Shown here: one piece after another, positions 61,795 to 64,000 of the stretch | Layout: every line of letters starts with the position of its first letter | How positions within the stretch are numbered: position 1 is the first letter of the stretch | Assembly (NCBI GenBank): GCA_030704845.1 | Contig: JAUYKZ010000006.1 | Location: 18,046 to 82,045 of the forward strand | Source of the DNA: an archaeon | Lineage (GTDB): Archaea > Nanobdellota > Nanobdellia > Woesearchaeales > GW2011-AR9 | Reading direction: 5' to 3' | DNA length: 64,000 nt | Position numbers and translations under genes: made by a program | The notes under the pieces: generated by a model | Told to the model about the DNA's origin: nothing | Database searches by the model: none | What the model saw: only the letters and a program-made list of their open reading frames with translations

Positions 61795-64000
61795 ATGGTA
61801 GACAAAAAACAAGTTAGATTAGACATCAAAGGAATTCATTGTGCAAGTTGCGTTTCAAAGATAGAAAATGCTCTAAATAAAAAAGGAGGGATCACTAAAG
61901 CTACAGTGAATTTTGCCACATCGAAAGCTAGCATAGAATATTTGTCAGATAAAATTTCCACAAGAGAAGTCAAAAAAGTTATCGAAGATTTAGGATATAC
62001 TGCTTTAGAAACTGAAGAACGTAATAAAGGTGAAGCTATTGCTAATTTACGTATTATTGGTATGGATAATCCACACTGCGTAAGCATGATCGACAATGGT
62101 TTAAAAGTTCTCGAAGGAATAATATCAAAGAAGTTATTAGTTACCGGAAAAGCTGCAATAACTTATGACCCAAAAAAAGTATCATTAGATAAGATTAAGA
62201 AAACAATTAAAGACATAGGTTATAAAGCATTGGAAGGAAATGCACCACAAGACACAGAAAAAGAAGAGAGAGAGAAAGAAAGTCTTGATCTCAAACGCAG
62301 AACAGTTATAGCAATTATTCTTTCAATTCCATTATTATATATCGCAATGATTGCCCATCTTTTCGGATTACCTTTACCGCTCTTCATTAAAAACAACACA
62401 GCTATCTTTCAATTATTGTTAGCTACACCCGTATTATTTGCCGGATCAATGTTCTACACTCAAGGGATTGGATCGCTAATCAAAACAAGAACAGCCACCA
62501 TGGACACTTTAGTTGCCATAGGTACGGGAACGGCATACGTTTATTCATTGATTCAATCAGTTCTTTTATGGACCGGAAAAATTGCAATGGCCGAATTATA
62601 TTATGAAGTTGCTGCTCTGCTGGTGGCATTTATACTTCTGGGAAGATTCCTTGAAGCAAGAGCTAAAGGGAAAACTTCAGAAGCGATAAAGAAATTGATC
62701 GGTTTACAACCGAAGAAAGCTCTGGTAAAAAGAGGAAATAAAGAAGTTGAAGTTCCAATAGAAGAAGTTGTCGTTGGAGATTTGGTCATTGTTAAACCTG
62801 GACAAAAAATTCCCGTTGATGGAACAATTGTTGACGGTCATTCATCTGTAGATGAAAGCATGATTACCGGAGAAAGTATCCCCGTTGAAAAAAGTAAAGG
62901 AAGTAAAATTATCGGAGCAACTATTAACAAAAATGGTTCGTTCACATTTAAAGCCGAAAAAATTGGTGCAGAAACTGCACTTGCTCAGATTATCAAATTA
63001 GTTGAAGAAGCTCAAGGAAGTAAAGCACCAATTCAAAAATTGGCAGATAAAATTTCCGCGATTTTTGTGCCAACAATTGTTTCCCTAGCCGTGATTTCAT
63101 TCTTGGTATGGTACTTCTTAGGATTCGGTGTGTCATTCGCCTTAACTACTTTTGTTGCAGTTTTAATCATCGCTTGCCCATGTGCTTTAGGATTAGCTAC
63201 ACCAACCGCAATAATGGTTGGAACAGGTAAAGGAGCAGAGAACGGAATTTTAATCAAAAGTGCAGAAGCTTTACAGAAAGCTCAATCCGTCGACACAGTT
63301 GTGTTCGACAAGACCGGAACTTTAACTAACGGTAAACCAGAAGTTACAGAAGTTATTTCATTAAACGGTTTCTCTGAAAAAGAAGTTCTTCAATATGCCG
63401 CTATCGCTGAAAAAAGAAGCGAACACCCATTAGGAGAAGCTATCGTAAAAGAAGCTCACAGAAAGAAAATTACCGTGAATGATCCTAGCTCGTTCAAAGC
63501 AATTACCGGGAAAGGTTTAGAAGCCAAACATAACGGGAAAACTATTTACCTAGGTAACAGAAAATTGATGGAAGAAAAAAATATTCCAACCAAAAGTATC
63601 GAGAATGATTTGCAAAACCTAGAAAATGAAGGAAAAACAGCGATGATTCTAGCCGTTGATAAAAAAGTTGCAGGAATTATTGCAGTTGCTGACACAGTAA
63701 AAGAACATTCAGCAGAAGCTGTAGAATTACTAAACAAATTAGGATTAGAAGTAATAATGATTACCGGAGATAATAAACGAACTGGACAAGCTATCGCTAA
63801 ACAAGTTGGAATTAAAAACGTTCTAGCGGAAGTTCTTCCGGAAGATAAAGCTAAGGAAATAAAACGATTACAACATCAAAAAAAGAAAGTTGCAATGGTC
63901 GGAGATGGAATAAATGACGCGCCAGCATTAGCCCAAGCAGAGATAGGTATCGCAATCGGGTCAGGTACAGACGTCGCCATAGAATCGGCAGATATAGTTC
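61795..64000 (+). CDS. copA: Copper-type P1B ATPase, 3'-truncated by the window end (not in ORF track)
   Basis: GIHCASC HMA domain, second [44 protein letters not shown]. Confidence 0.93.
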   Translation, partial: MVDKKQVRLDIKGIHCASCVSKIENALNKKGGITKATVNFATSKASIEYLSDKISTREVKKVIEDLGYTALETEERNKGEAIANLRIIGMDNPHCVSMIDNGLKVLEGIISKKLLVTGKAAITYDPKKVSLDKIKKTIKDIGYKALEGNAPQDTEKEEREKESLDLKRRTVIAIILSIPLLYIAMIAHLFGLPLPLFIKNNTAIFQLLLATPVLFAGSMFYTQGIGSLIKTRTATMDTLVAIGTGTAYVYSLIQSVLLWTGKIAMAELYYEVAALLVAFILLGRFLEARAKGKTSEAIKKLIGLQPKKALVKRGNKEVEVPIEEVVVGDLVIVKPGQKIPVDGTIVDGHSSVDESMITGESIPVEKSKGSKIIGATINKNGSFTFKAEKIGAETALAQIIKLVEEAQGSKAPIQKLADKISAIFVPTIVSLAVISFLVWYFLGFGVSFALTTFVAVLIIACPCALGLATPTAIMVGTGKGAENGILIKSAEALQKAQSVDTVVFDKTGTLTNGKPEVTEVISLNGFSEKEVLQYAAIAEKRSEHPLGEAIVKEAHRKKITVNDPSSFKAITGKGLEAKHNGKTIYLGNRKLMEEKNIPTKSIENDLQNLENEGKTAMILAVDKKVAGIIAVADTVKEHSAEAVELLNKLGLEVIMITGDNKRTGQAIAKQVGIKNVLAEVLPEDKAKEIKRLQHQKKKVAMVGDGINDAPALAQAEIGIAIGSGTDVAIESADIV

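Overview
AT-rich archaeal chromosome segment, most likely a DPANN archaeon of the Woesearchaeales type. This is an inference from the archaeal ribosomal protein and RNA polymerase set, a 16S 5' end reading ATCCCCGTTGATCCTGCGGGA, many K[KR]GQ class III signal-peptide proteins and MutS1. Core content: the S13-S4-S11-RpoD-L18e-L13-S9-RpoN operon, metG, a minus-strand 16S - tRNA-Ala(UGC, with intron) - 23S operon with no linked 5S, rpl41e (missed by the ORF track), rpl15e, rpl21e-rpoF-DUF655, elp3, dph5, mutS, nreA and arsR-copA. Accessory content: a ~16 kb co-oriented locus (11956-27198) of pilin-like and large secreted proteins interrupted by three HEPN/MNT toxin-antitoxin pairs. It ends in a secreted protein with a caspase-fold-like His/Cys domain and faces an L,D-transpeptidase-family gene. 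Signals the ORF track does not explain: (1) multi-hairpin elements with shared TATACTAAA...TTTAGTATA ends, two of them near-identical inverted copies 18 kb apart; (2) a two-gene micro-operon encoding a 54-aa polyacidic peptide and a 20-aa Lys/Ala histone-H1-like peptide; (3) a 12-nt complement of the 16S 3' end inside the pre-rRNA leader, plus a 23S flanking stem with no bulge-helix-bulge; (4) a 36-aa small ORF with a structured 3' region. All calls come from reading motifs by eye; no database searches were run.
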